Part shown: positions 48,493 through 57,999 of the stretch, piece after piece
Position numbering within the stretch: the first letter of the stretch is position 1
Layout: the number at the start of each line of letters is the position of its first letter
Program-made: the position numbers and the translations under genes
Notes under the pieces: model-generated
Database searches by the model: none
What the model was told of the DNA's origin: nothing
The model's input: the letters and a program-made list of their open reading frames with translations, nothing else
Virus record (IMG/VR): IMGVR_UViG_3300025362_000477
Length of the DNA stretch: 64,000 nucleotides
Source of the DNA: a virus
Taxonomy: Duplodnaviria; Caudoviricetes
Reading direction: 5' to 3' (one strand)

Positions 48493-48905
48493 TAGTCCTC
48501 TTTTATAAAATTAGGTGGTTTAGTTGGATTTTCATACAATTCTCGTAAATGATTAAGTAACATAAGTTGACGTTCTATAAATTTAATTTGTCTTTCTTCC
48601 CATCCATTATGAGTATGCACTCCCTTTATAATTTCAATAAAATTTTTACATATATCAATATAAGAAGTAACTTCAATAATAGCAATATAAATCAAATCAT
48701 TTTCAAAAACAATTTTATTTCTAGTAATGGACGTTAAATACTTATATATCAATTCATAGTTTTTATTTAATTCTTTATCTTTTCCAGTTATTTTAAATTT
48801 ACCAAGGAAAACAGTTTGTTCACATGTACGTTTAAAATTCCTTATAAATTTATGATTATCAAATGTCTGATAGTTAAAGTCTAAATTTTGGTTTTTATTT
48901 TTCAT
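48492..48905 (-). CDS. hypothetical protein
   Basis: First gene of the leftward block. Confidence 0.65.
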   Translation of the reverse strand: MKNKNQNLDFNYQTFDNHKFIRNFKRTCEQTVFLGKFKITGKDKELNKNYELIYKYLTSITRNKIVFENDLIYIAIIEVTSYIDICKNFIEIIKGVHTHNGWEERQIKFIERQLMLLNHLRELYENPTKPPNFIKED

Positions 48906-49087
48906 TATTATTTGTTCTTAATAGTGTATTTCTATTCATTCTTAATTATAATACAAAAAACAAGTAAGAAATACTGTAGGTAATGGATTAAAAATTAAAA
49001 CAAGTATGAAGTTGAGAATTAATTTAGAAGTATGTCATTTAGATTCCTTTACGATTGTTATTTTATTATACTTATTTTTGTTAACTT

Positions 49088-49189
49088 TTACTAAATAGTA
49101 ATACGGTTCCGAACGGAAGAACCTTTCAGGTTCATCAATATTATCCCTCCTCCCGGAGGGATAAATGGGTTAGAGAGATTCTCTAACCC
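49088..49189. other. cluster of five tandem perfect hairpins in the divergent intergenic region
   Basis: TTACTA-AA-TAGTAA; TTCCG-AA-CGGAA; GAACCT-TTC-AGGTTC; TTATCCCTCC-TCCC-GGAGGGATAA; GGGTTAGAGA-GAT-TCTCTAACCC. Confidence 0.8.
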
Positions 49190-49364
49190 TTGGTTTACAT
49201 GCTTATTTTTTATTCTAACGTTTCAAAATGGTTTCTTTAGATATTTCAGTAAGAAACACAATATTATATTAAAGAATAAATTTAAAATTAATGATGGATA
49301 ACGTTGATATTTCTCATTGAATAGAAAATATCATAATAAATAAATACAAAAATGGAGAATTAGA

Positions 49365-49649
49365 ATGAGTGATGAAACACAGACATATTATGAGTTTATT
49401 GAACGCATAAAGAATAAATTTGGTTCTTTTGAATTAGATGCACAGGCTGGGGCAGATAATAAATCAGCAGCACTACGAGCTCGAAAACTTTCAATGGAGC
49501 TGCGTCGGGATCTACAGGATTTTCGTAAGGTATCCGTTGATAATGATCGGGTTAATACAAAGCATCGTCCTGAGACTGTTGCGGTAGAAGTTAGTGATGC
49601 ACCGGCAGCAGGTGAGCCAGTCGCTATGCCTGATGAAGCAGTAGTATAA
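49365..49649 (+). CDS. histone H1-like (Hc1-family) small basic protein
   Basis: IK..F.SFE.DA....NKSAALRARKLSMEL...LQDFRKVS pattern. Confidence 0.7.
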   Translation: MSDETQTYYEFIERIKNKFGSFELDAQAGADNKSAALRARKLSMELRRDLQDFRKVSVDNDRVNTKHRPETVAVEVSDAPAAGEPVAMPDEAVV

Positions 49650-49676
49650 TAAAAATTTAAGACACTCAATTGTTTA

Positions 49677-49709
49677 CCCGATCTATTTTTTAAATAGGTC
49701 GGGGTTTTT
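49677..49709 (+). terminator. intrinsic terminator
   Basis: CCCGATCTATTT ... AAATAGGTCGGG followed by a T-run. Confidence 0.65.
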
Positions 49710-49744
49710 CCCGTCAAAATTAAGTACCATAATCTAATATATAG

Positions 49745-49751
49745 GAATAAA
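49745..49751 (+). promoter_or_regulatory. recurrent upstream motif GAATAAA (representative copy)
   Basis: Copies upstream of starts at 1435, 2604, 49745, 52966, 56427, 56686, 60352, 61370 (+) and 1375, 4928, 8955, 23981, 37639, 45149 (-). Confidence 0.5.
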
Positions 49752-49768
49752 TATAAAAAGGAGTTAAT

Positions 49769-52700
49769 ATGCTTAAAAGTTTTGCAGAATGTTCAAAATG
49801 CCCGTTACAAAAGTGTGAAGGTAAAGTGTGTAAAACTAATTGTATAAAAAACATCGCAGACGTAGAGATTTTTTATCTTGTTGATGATGTTAAATGGTGG
49901 GATGATATTCAATATCATGCAGAGGGACATAATCAGAAGTATTTGATTACTTCTCCAGTATTATGTAAATCTAATGAAACGCTATCACATAACGAATTTG
50001 AAGATGTGATGGATATTTGTAAAATAAACGCTAATACAATAATAAAGAAGTGTGAACCCAGAACAGTCATTGCAGTAGGTATATATTCATGTGCAGTAAA
50101 CGCTAAACCCGGAACTGAAATTATTGTTTACAGAGACTTTGAGGAGTTTACTGAAATGATGATAGAAACAGACGATATGATGGATCAATTAGGAGAAGAT
50201 TTTGATATTCTCAATGAGGATATTCCAAACAAACCAGTATATGTAGATCAATCAGATAGAACTGATATTAAATGGGGATCTAAAGATGAACCCTATATGT
50301 TTACAATTCCCGATAAATATTACACTGATGAATATAGATTAATAGATGTTCAGATGATTGCTAGTCAGTGTAGAGTGATTTATATCTTTAGAAATAAAGA
50401 TAATAAGAAAATTTTCTATGAAGTTCCTGGAAAACAGAATGATTTTTATTGGTATGAGTCTCCGAGTACTGAAAATCGAAATATTGAATCAATGGATCGA
50501 TTAGAATTGAAGATTGATAATTATAAGAATAGACTTACTGATGCTCGAGGATATGGAGGAGATGTGAATTTAGCATCTCAGCATAGTGTTGATTATTGGA
50601 GACAAAACAAAGGCGAAGCACCAGTTATAAGTAAAAATGCTCTTCATTTTGATATTGAAGTATATACTTATAAAGATAAGATCTTTCCGGATCCAACTAG
50701 TGCATTATATCCAATCAATGCTGTTTCATTCAGGATGAATGATAATACTGATACTGAACATGTGTATCTTTTGAAGATTGACAAACATATTGATCCTAAA
50801 ATAGATGCTTTGGTTGCATCTAAGAAATATCCAAATCTAACTGTATTCACATCTGAATATACTATGTTAACGGCTTTTATTTCTAAGATAAGATCGATGG
50901 ATCCTGATTTTATATGTGGATGGAATAGTAATTCATTTGATATTCCTTATATTGTTGGTAGAATGAAGAAACTGAATATTCCTATGACGGCTTTATCTCC
51001 ATTTGGAAATATATATGCTGATATAAGAGGGAAGGTTATTCTTACAGGTTTTGTTCCAATATGTCAACTTCAATTATATAAAGAGTTGACCTATATTACT
51101 TTACCATCATATAAATTAGACGCCGTTGCTAAAAAAGAGAAAGTTGGTCGAAAAGTATCATATACTGGAAATTTAGATGGATTGTATAATAATAATATTG
51201 ATGTGTTTGTTGAATATTCTTTGACTGATACTGTACTATTAAAAGGAATTGAAGATGCAACTCAGCATATTACAATTCAGGATGAACTTCGTCAGATTAC
51301 AACTAATTCTCATGCAGGTGCATCATCAACATTAGGTCAGGCAGAAGGTTTATTCATGACTTCAATGAAGAATGATGGTTTAATAGCAAGAAATAATCAA
51401 CATGATGCCGTTAAAGAAAAATTTCCTGGTGCTTATGTATTTGATGCTAGAGGTGGTTTATATGAAGGTCTATTATGTGATTTTGATTTTACTTCTTTGT
51501 ATCCCAGTATTATTAATACTTGGAATATTGGTCCGGATACATTCTTAATGAAATTAAAGAATGAAGATGATATGTTTAATCTAATATATGATAGATCTAA
51601 ATTAAAAGATAAACAAATTGAGGTTACTCGAGATCCAATTCATAATAAGATTTCAAAAAAGATGACCTTGAAAGAACTTGAAGTATTTATTGATGAAAAT
51701 GAAGCTAATTTAAATATCACTGGATCAATATTCAGTGGTCATGATAAGCATGTTAGTATATTCTTTACTGTAATTGATTTTCTATTTAAAAGTCGCAAGA
51801 TTTATAAAAAGAAAATGCTTGAAGCTAAAGAAGCTGGTGATATGGTAATGGCTAGTATATATAATGGAAAACAGATGGCTTATAAGATCCTAGCCAATTC
51901 ATTGTATGGAGCTATGGGTAATGAACATTTTAGATTTTATAATATTGATATTGCAAAGAGTATTACTCTTGCTGGACAAGAACTTTTAAAATATTGCGCA
52001 GTTCATTGTGATGAATATTTGGTTAAACGAGGAGATATACCTAAATTCAAGATGAATATTGATTTTCTTGATAAGGTAAAATCATTAACTGATGTTCTTT
52101 ATGGTGATACTGATTCAATCTTTGTTTATCTCACTAATTATTTGAAAGATAAAGGAATTGTAGTTAAAAATTCTAAGGAAGTGCAAGATGAGATTCAAAA
52201 AATTCAAAATTTTGTAAATGAAGATTCATTGAATCCTTTTCTTGCTTTACATAATTTAAAGAAGGTCCATTCAATGATTTTCTTAAAAAATGAATTTTTA
52301 TTCTCGAAATACTATACTCTGAATGGTAAGAAACATTATGCTGCTAAAGTGATTTCCCAGGAAGGAAAAGATATTTCATTCACTGAGATCAAAGGTCTGG
52401 AGATGAAGCGCAGTGAAATCCCGTCGAGATCTCAAAAATTTCTTACTACAGTTCTTGATATTATTCTTCAAGATGACATAAAAAAGAGTGATATTAAAAT
52501 TCAAGTTGATAAATTAGTAGATATTACTAGAGAAGAGATGATGGAATTAGTTGAAGAACGAGATAACTCAATTGTTCGAGTTGTATCTTATTCTAAACCA
52601 TTGAATCAGTATAAAAAATTACCCCAGCATATCAAAGCCATGCTTATGTGGAATTGTATTATGGGTGAGGATTTTAGATATGGTGCAAAAGGAAAGTTAT

Positions 52701-52945
52701 GGAATATTCAAGGTATTGATTTAAATAAAGCACCTGAGTCAGTTAAAGTTAATTTTAATGAGAAATTTTTGAAAAATTATTGTCATAAAGATTTAAATTG
52801 TATATGTGTTCCTGAAGATGTGGATAAATTACCTGAATGGTTCATTCCTGATATGAAAAAATTGATTTCTTATTGTTGTGATGATCGTGTTGGTAATTTG
52901 ACTGAACCATTATGGAAAGAATCCGAATCAATTTTATTATTTTAG
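49769..52945 (+). CDS. polB: family B DNA polymerase with an N-terminal UDG-family-4-like domain
   Basis: ExoI FDIE, ExoII GWNSNSFDIPY, ExoIII YSLTD, motif A DFTSLYPS, motif B KILANSLYG, motif C YGDTDS. Confidence 0.96.
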   Translation: MLKSFAECSKCPLQKCEGKVCKTNCIKNIADVEIFYLVDDVKWWDDIQYHAEGHNQKYLITSPVLCKSNETLSHNEFEDVMDICKINANTIIKKCEPRTVIAVGIYSCAVNAKPGTEIIVYRDFEEFTEMMIETDDMMDQLGEDFDILNEDIPNKPVYVDQSDRTDIKWGSKDEPYMFTIPDKYYTDEYRLIDVQMIASQCRVIYIFRNKDNKKIFYEVPGKQNDFYWYESPSTENRNIESMDRLELKIDNYKNRLTDARGYGGDVNLASQHSVDYWRQNKGEAPVISKNALHFDIEVYTYKDKIFPDPTSALYPINAVSFRMNDNTDTEHVYLLKIDKHIDPKIDALVASKKYPNLTVFTSEYTMLTAFISKIRSMDPDFICGWNSNSFDIPYIVGRMKKLNIPMTALSPFGNIYADIRGKVILTGFVPICQLQLYKELTYITLPSYKLDAVAKKEKVGRKVSYTGNLDGLYNNNIDVFVEYSLTDTVLLKGIEDATQHITIQDELRQITTNSHAGASSTLGQAEGLFMTSMKNDGLIARNNQHDAVKEKFPGAYVFDARGGLYEGLLCDFDFTSLYPSIINTWNIGPDTFLMKLKNEDDMFNLIYDRSKLKDKQIEVTRDPIHNKISKKMTLKELEVFIDENEANLNITGSIFSGHDKHVSIFFTVIDFLFKSRKIYKKKMLEAKEAGDMVMASIYNGKQMAYKILANSLYGAMGNEHFRFYNIDIAKSITLAGQELLKYCAVHCDEYLVKRGDIPKFKMNIDFLDKVKSLTDVLYGDTDSIFVYLTNYLKDKGIVVKNSKEVQDEIQKIQNFVNEDSLNPFLALHNLKKVHSMIFLKNEFLFSKYYTLNGKKHYAAKVISQEGKDISFTEIKGLEMKRSEIPSRSQKFLTTVLDIILQDDIKKSDIKIQVDKLVDITREEMMELVEERDNSIVRVVSYSKPLNQYKKLPQHIKAMLMWNCIMGEDFRYGAKGKLWNIQGIDLNKAPESVKVNFNEKFLKNYCHKDLNCICVPEDVDKLPEWFIPDMKKLISYCCDDRVGNLTEPLWKESESILLF

Positions 52946-52989
52946 AATGAATTCATTAATTATATGAATAAAATATTAAAAGGAATATT

Positions 52990-53151
52990 ATGAAAAATAA
53001 TCAAATAACTATTGATATTAATCCAGACATTCGATATGCAGCTAAATTATTAGCTAAAAAATTTGATGTATCTTTAAAATATATTATTCGTATAGCATTA
53101 ATTGATATTTTGAAAAAACATAATTGTGATATTCCCGTGGAAGAATTATGA
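52990..53151 (+). CDS. 53-aa ribbon-helix-helix-like protein (not in ORF track)
   Basis: MKNNQITIDINPDIRYAAKLLAKKFDVSLKYIIRIALIDILKK...; AAGGA RBS; ATGA overlap with the next gene. Confidence 0.7.
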   Translation: MKNNQITIDINPDIRYAAKLLAKKFDVSLKYIIRIALIDILKKHNCDIPVEEL

Positions 53152-53978
53152 AATTATGTGAATGCGGTTGTGGTAAAGAAGTTAATTCCAAATCTGCTCG
53201 ATTTATATCTGGACATAATATTAAAAAAGGACATAAATGGAAACCAAGAACTGATGAACATGCTAAAAAAATTATAAATACTAGAGTTGAAAATAAAAGA
53301 TTATTTGATTTAAATATTCCGTTTTCATTATGTAAATGTGGTTGTGGGAAACGAGTTTCAAAAAGAACTAATGTTTATATTGAAGGTCATCATCCTAGAA
53401 TCGCAGGGTTTAAAGATCATAAACATAGTCAAAAAACTAAAGACTTATTTTCAAAAATTTATAAAAGCCAAGAATTTAAAGATAAAGTATTTAAAACTAT
53501 GATTGATCGTTATGGAGTTAAACATGCTTTTCAAAATCCAAAATTTATTAAAAAAGCTAATAAGACTTATTTTGAAAAAACAGGATATCATAATCCATCA
53601 AAAAATCCTTTAGAGATCGCAAAAGCTTTAAAGACTAGAAGAAAAACTAATTTAGAACGAGGTATTTGGATACCAGATGATCAATTACCTATGTTTCAAC
53701 TTTACTATAGAAGAGTGTGGCATTATACCAATATAGCAGCGAAGTTAAAATATGATGATGAAAAATTATCAAAAAGAAAACTATGTGGTGTTAAAAATGG
53801 TTTACAATTAGATCATAAGTTTTCTATTCGAAAAGGATATGAAAATAATATTTTACCGCATATAATAGGTAGTCAATACAATATCAATTTAATTTCATGG
53901 GAAGATAATAGATTAAAAAATATCAGTTGTTCTATAACAAAAGAAGAACTTTTTGAACACGTTAACAAGGAAAACTAA
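53148..53978 (+). CDS. putative homing endonuclease (CxCGCG + NUMOD3-like + HNH-like)
   Basis: Two CxCGCG...GH units, KHSQKTK, LQLDHKFS...NLISWEDNRLK. Confidence 0.75.
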   Translation: MKLCECGCGKEVNSKSARFISGHNIKKGHKWKPRTDEHAKKIINTRVENKRLFDLNIPFSLCKCGCGKRVSKRTNVYIEGHHPRIAGFKDHKHSQKTKDLFSKIYKSQEFKDKVFKTMIDRYGVKHAFQNPKFIKKANKTYFEKTGYHNPSKNPLEIAKALKTRRKTNLERGIWIPDDQLPMFQLYYRRVWHYTNIAAKLKYDDEKLSKRKLCGVKNGLQLDHKFSIRKGYENNILPHIIGSQYNINLISWEDNRLKNISCSITKEELFEHVNKEN

Positions 53979-54303
53979 AATGTTAGATGAACTTAAAAAA
54001 CTACAGAAAACTATTCATCAAACTGCGTGTGATAAAGGCTGGCATGATGAACCTATAGAGTTGGGAACATCTATTGCTCTGATGCACTCGGAATTATCCG
54101 AGGCATTAGAGGCTGGGAGACACGGAAATCCTCCAGATGATAAGATACCTGAACACGATGGAATATCAGCTGAAATGGCAGATGTTATTATTAGAATACT
54201 CGATTATGCTGAAGAAGAAAATTTAGATGTGATTGGAGCAATGATAGCTAAAGTTGAAATGAACAAGACTAGAAGTTATAAACATGGTGGAAAACAATTT
54301 TAA
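53953..54303 (+). CDS. MazG-like nucleotide pyrophosphohydrolase
   Basis: IALMHSELSEALE...EMADVIIRILD...NKTRSYKHGGK. Confidence 0.85.
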   Translation: MNTLTRKTKMLDELKKLQKTIHQTACDKGWHDEPIELGTSIALMHSELSEALEAGRHGNPPDDKIPEHDGISAEMADVIIRILDYAEEENLDVIGAMIAKVEMNKTRSYKHGGKQF

Positions 54304-54315
54304 AGGATATAAAAT

Positions 54316-54768
54316 ATGAAAATATATTGTGTGAAACCAATCAGTGGTGAGAGTGGAGAAGATGTATTTAATTATTATGAAAAAATTCGAGAAGTTTTAG
54401 TAAATATTGGATATCATGTACTGACTCCTCTATATGGTAAAGGAAAATTACGAACTGAATTAGAATTTAAAGCTCATGGATATGAAAATGATCCATTAAC
54501 AACAAATCATGCTATTTTCTATAGAGATAAATTTTTTGTTCAGCAAAGTGATATATTGTATGCTAATTTTATTGGAGCTAAACGAGTCTCAATTGGATCT
54601 ATAATGGAGATTGCTATTGGTCATATGTTGGGGAGACAAGTTGTTGTTGTGATGGAAGATGATAATATTCATCAACATGCTTTTGTTTTAGAGGCAAGTA
54701 CTATAGTTTTCAATAATGAACCAGATGCTATTAAATATTTGGATGAAATACAAAACCAAGAGTTTTAA
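54316..54768 (+). CDS. nucleoside 2-deoxyribosyltransferase-like protein
   Basis: IYCVKPISG, RDKFFVQQSDILYAN, SIGSIMEIA. Confidence 0.75.
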   Translation: MKIYCVKPISGESGEDVFNYYEKIREVLVNIGYHVLTPLYGKGKLRTELEFKAHGYENDPLTTNHAIFYRDKFFVQQSDILYANFIGAKRVSIGSIMEIAIGHMLGRQVVVVMEDDNIHQHAFVLEASTIVFNNEPDAIKYLDEIQNQEF

Positions 54769-54790
54769 TTAGAATAATAAAAGGATTGAA

Positions 54791-55795
54791 ATGAAAAAAC
54801 AAATAACTTTTAATGATGTCTTGATTGAACCACAATATAGTGAAATAAAGTCCAGAAATGATGTGATATTAGATACCTATCTATCAGATAATTTAAAATT
54901 TTCATTACCGATATGTGGTGCTAATATGAAAAATATAACTGGATCTAAAATGGCTATTGAACTGTATAAAAATGGCGCCTTTGGTATTTTACATAGATTT
55001 ATGAGTATAGAAAAAAATGTAGAAGAATATTTAAAATGTAAAGATATTGCTTCAACGACATCAGTATCAATAGGAATTAAAGAAAATGAAAAAGATCGAT
55101 TTGTAGAATTGTATCTAAATGGTGCTAGAATCATAACAATAGATATTGCTCATGGACATTCATTGAATATGAAAAATATGATTCAATATATCAAAGAATA
55201 TGATCAAGATATTACTGTTATTGCCGGTAATATAGCCACTGGGAGCGCTGCGATTGATTTATATAATTGGGGTGCTGATGTGATTAAGATTGGGATAGGA
55301 CCCTCCCCAGTATGTGAAACACGGAGAAATACTGGAGTAGGTGTATCTCAATTATATGCTTTAAAATCAATAGATAAAACTTTAAAGGATAATGATATAA
55401 AAATTCCTAGAATTGCTGATGGGGGAATTAAATATGTTGGTGATATAAGTAAAGCTTTAAAGTATTCCGAAATGTGCATGCTCGGTAGTATGTTATCTGG
55501 ATATACTGAAACACCATGTAAATTCTTTCAGCGATTAAATGATCATGGTGAATTGGAATGGTATACTATGTATGGGGGTTCTGCATCAAGTGAAAATACA
55601 GGAAATTCTTCTTTCTCAGAAGGTCGAGTTCAAACTGTTCCATTAAGAGGAAAAGTAAAATATCAATTAAGAAAAATTGAAGATGGTTTGCGATCAGCAT
55701 TTTCTTATTCAAATTCAAAAAATTTATCAGAATATCAAGAAAAATGTAAATTAAATGAAATTAGTATAGCATCTATAAAGGAGAGTAAATTTTAA
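54791..55795 (+). CDS. guaC: GMP reductase / IMP dehydrogenase family enzyme lacking CBS domains
   Basis: TFNDVLIEP, ANM, GILHRF, IDIAHG, AGNIAT, KIGIGP..VCETR, ADGGIK, MLGSML. Confidence 0.8.
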   Translation: MKKQITFNDVLIEPQYSEIKSRNDVILDTYLSDNLKFSLPICGANMKNITGSKMAIELYKNGAFGILHRFMSIEKNVEEYLKCKDIASTTSVSIGIKENEKDRFVELYLNGARIITIDIAHGHSLNMKNMIQYIKEYDQDITVIAGNIATGSAAIDLYNWGADVIKIGIGPSPVCETRRNTGVGVSQLYALKSIDKTLKDNDIKIPRIADGGIKYVGDISKALKYSEMCMLGSMLSGYTETPCKFFQRLNDHGELEWYTMYGGSASSENTGNSSFSEGRVQTVPLRGKVKYQLRKIEDGLRSAFSYSNSKNLSEYQEKCKLNEISIASIKESKF

Positions 55796-55796
55796 C

Positions 55797-56402
55797 ATGA
55801 AAGATTTTATAGTATTGGATACTGAAACCAAAAAACATGCTGATCAGATTCAGGGTGGATGGGATAATATTGAAAAGATGGAACTTGCAACTGAAGTTAC
55901 ATATTCATCTCAATTAGATCGATATGTTTTTTGGAAACCTTCTCAAAAAAAAGAATTATGCAAATATTTACATGATCAATTAGTGGTTACTTTTAATGGG
56001 ATGATGTTTGATACTAAACTATTGTTAGGTAATGATAGAATTCTTCAAGATAATGGAGTGACTGAAAATGATAAATATAGATGGTATAATGCTGATATTT
56101 ACGTTGAGATTTGGCGTCACATTTTGAACATGGATCGGTCCAATTATAATATGATACTCAAAAAAATAGGTGAGCAGAAATTCCCTAGAAACGTATTCAA
56201 TTTAGAATCAGTTGCTAGCGCTACTCTAGGAATACCAAGAACTGGTAAAGGGGACCAAGCACCCGATCTCTTTCAGCAAGGAAAGTTGTTAGAGTTATTT
56301 CAATTTAATTTACAAGATGTGAGAATGATTAAATCATTGTATCAGTTTATACAAAAGAGACAATATATCATTTCTGGTAGTTTCGATGTTGTGTCTTTTT
56401 AA
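55797..56402 (+). CDS. RNase H-fold DEDD 3'-5' exonuclease-like protein (YprB-like)
   Basis: VLDTET, FNGMMFD, FNLESVA, FNLQDV. Confidence 0.75.
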   Translation: MKDFIVLDTETKKHADQIQGGWDNIEKMELATEVTYSSQLDRYVFWKPSQKKELCKYLHDQLVVTFNGMMFDTKLLLGNDRILQDNGVTENDKYRWYNADIYVEIWRHILNMDRSNYNMILKKIGEQKFPRNVFNLESVASATLGIPRTGKGDQAPDLFQQGKLLELFQFNLQDVRMIKSLYQFIQKRQYIISGSFDVVSF

Positions 56403-56449
56403 TAGGATACGTTTTCTTACTTAAAGGAATAAAATTTAAAGGAGTTAAT

Positions 56450-56665
56450 ATGTTTGAAAGTGGAGATAATATGTTAGATCAATTATGGGTTGAAAAATTT
56501 AGACCTAGAACAATTGATGATGTCGTATTGAATGCTGATCAAAAGGAATTTGTTGAAAGGTGTTTAGCGAAGCAGGAAATACCTCACATGGCGTTTTTTG
56601 GACCACCTGGATCCGGGAAATGCCATGCAGGTGATGAAACGATTACAATATATGTAGAAGATTAA
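56450..56665 (+). CDS. clamp loader AAA+ subunit, N-terminal part + 14-aa N-intein
   Basis: WVEKFRPRTIDDVV, PHMAFFGPPGSGK|CHAGDETITIYVED*. Confidence 0.9.
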   Translation: MFESGDNMLDQLWVEKFRPRTIDDVVLNADQKEFVERCLAKQEIPHMAFFGPPGSGKCHAGDETITIYVED

Positions 56666-56709
56666 AATAATTCCATATCCAGCATGAATAAATATAAAGG
56701 ATTGCTAAT

Positions 56710-57999
56710 ATGAAATGTAAAATTTGTTCAAAAGAATATGCGAAATTATCATCATTCATTCAGCATATTATTAAAGGTCATAATATATTATTTTATGATT
56801 ATTGTTTAGAATATGACGATAGTTTAATTAGATGTCAATATTGTAAAAATATAGTCGATCGTGGATGTTCTTATTCATTCTGTGGTAGTAAACATTGTAG
56901 ATCATTTAAAATGCGATTAAGTAGGTACCCATCAGTTAATGATATTTTTAATATCTATGATCCGCTATATTGGATTTCTTTCTATGATAATGATATCATT
57001 AAAACCAATGAAAAATTATCATATTTAAAAAATTTTGATGTGTTTTTGAAATCTGACCAATATTTAAAATTGTTTAAAAGTGAAAATTTAGAATGTGATT
57101 TCTTTCAATTTATTGATAGAATTAAAGATGGGTTAATAAATATTGAAGATTTAAAAAAATATAAAAATATGAATTCTATTGGACGATATAACGTTTTGGG
57201 TTTTAGTGAAGATGTTTTTAAAATTTTAAACCCGTATTTTACCACTAATAAAGAATCATATATTGATCGACATGGAAAAAATAAATGGGAACAATATTCC
57301 AGTAAATTAGGTAGTACTCAAGTAATATCTTGTTGGCAAACTAAATACTGGATAAATAAAGGTTATTCATATGAAGATGCAAAAAAATTAATTTCAAAAA
57401 ATGCAAGTAGAGATATTAATTATTTTATAAATAAATATGGAAAAGAAAAAGGAAAACAGTCATATCAAAATATGATCGAAAAAAGAAAATTTTCTTTTAG
57501 TTTAGAGGGTTATTGTAAAAAATATGGTTCAGATGGATTTAAAAAATACCATGAATGTATTAAAAAGAAGACTTCATGGGTTCCAAATATACAAAGTAAA
57601 GTATCATTAGATTGTATTTCTGAGTTATATACATTATTACCCAATAATATAAAATGCATATATGAAGAACCAATTGAATTTTACGTGTGTGATTTTTATT
57701 TTCCAGAATTGAAATGCGTTATAGAATTTTATGGTGATTACTGGCATCAAAATCCATTGATATCTAATATCGGAGATCGATATCATATTGAAAAATGTCA
57801 TGATAATCATAAAAGACGATCTGAATGTTTATTGAATTCAGGTCGAGTTGATAAAATTATCATTGTGTGGGAATTAGCATATACTAAATCTAAAACTGAA
57901 TGTTTATTAAATATATTAAAATGTTTTAAATTACACCACAAATATAATGAATTAAATTTTCAAAATGGGAATATATTATATAATAAGGAGTTAATATAA
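56710..57999 (+). CDS. Vsr-like homing endonuclease between the split-intein halves of the clamp loader
   Basis: CKIC..H..H, KYGKEKG repeats, YVCDFYFPELKCVIEFYGDYWHQNP. Confidence 0.8.
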   Translation: MKCKICSKEYAKLSSFIQHIIKGHNILFYDYCLEYDDSLIRCQYCKNIVDRGCSYSFCGSKHCRSFKMRLSRYPSVNDIFNIYDPLYWISFYDNDIIKTNEKLSYLKNFDVFLKSDQYLKLFKSENLECDFFQFIDRIKDGLINIEDLKKYKNMNSIGRYNVLGFSEDVFKILNPYFTTNKESYIDRHGKNKWEQYSSKLGSTQVISCWQTKYWINKGYSYEDAKKLISKNASRDINYFINKYGKEKGKQSYQNMIEKRKFSFSLEGYCKKYGSDGFKKYHECIKKKTSWVPNIQSKVSLDCISELYTLLPNNIKCIYEEPIEFYVCDFYFPELKCVIEFYGDYWHQNPLISNIGDRYHIEKCHDNHKRRSECLLNSGRVDKIIIVWELAYTKSKTECLLNILKCFKLHHKYNELNFQNGNILYNKELI

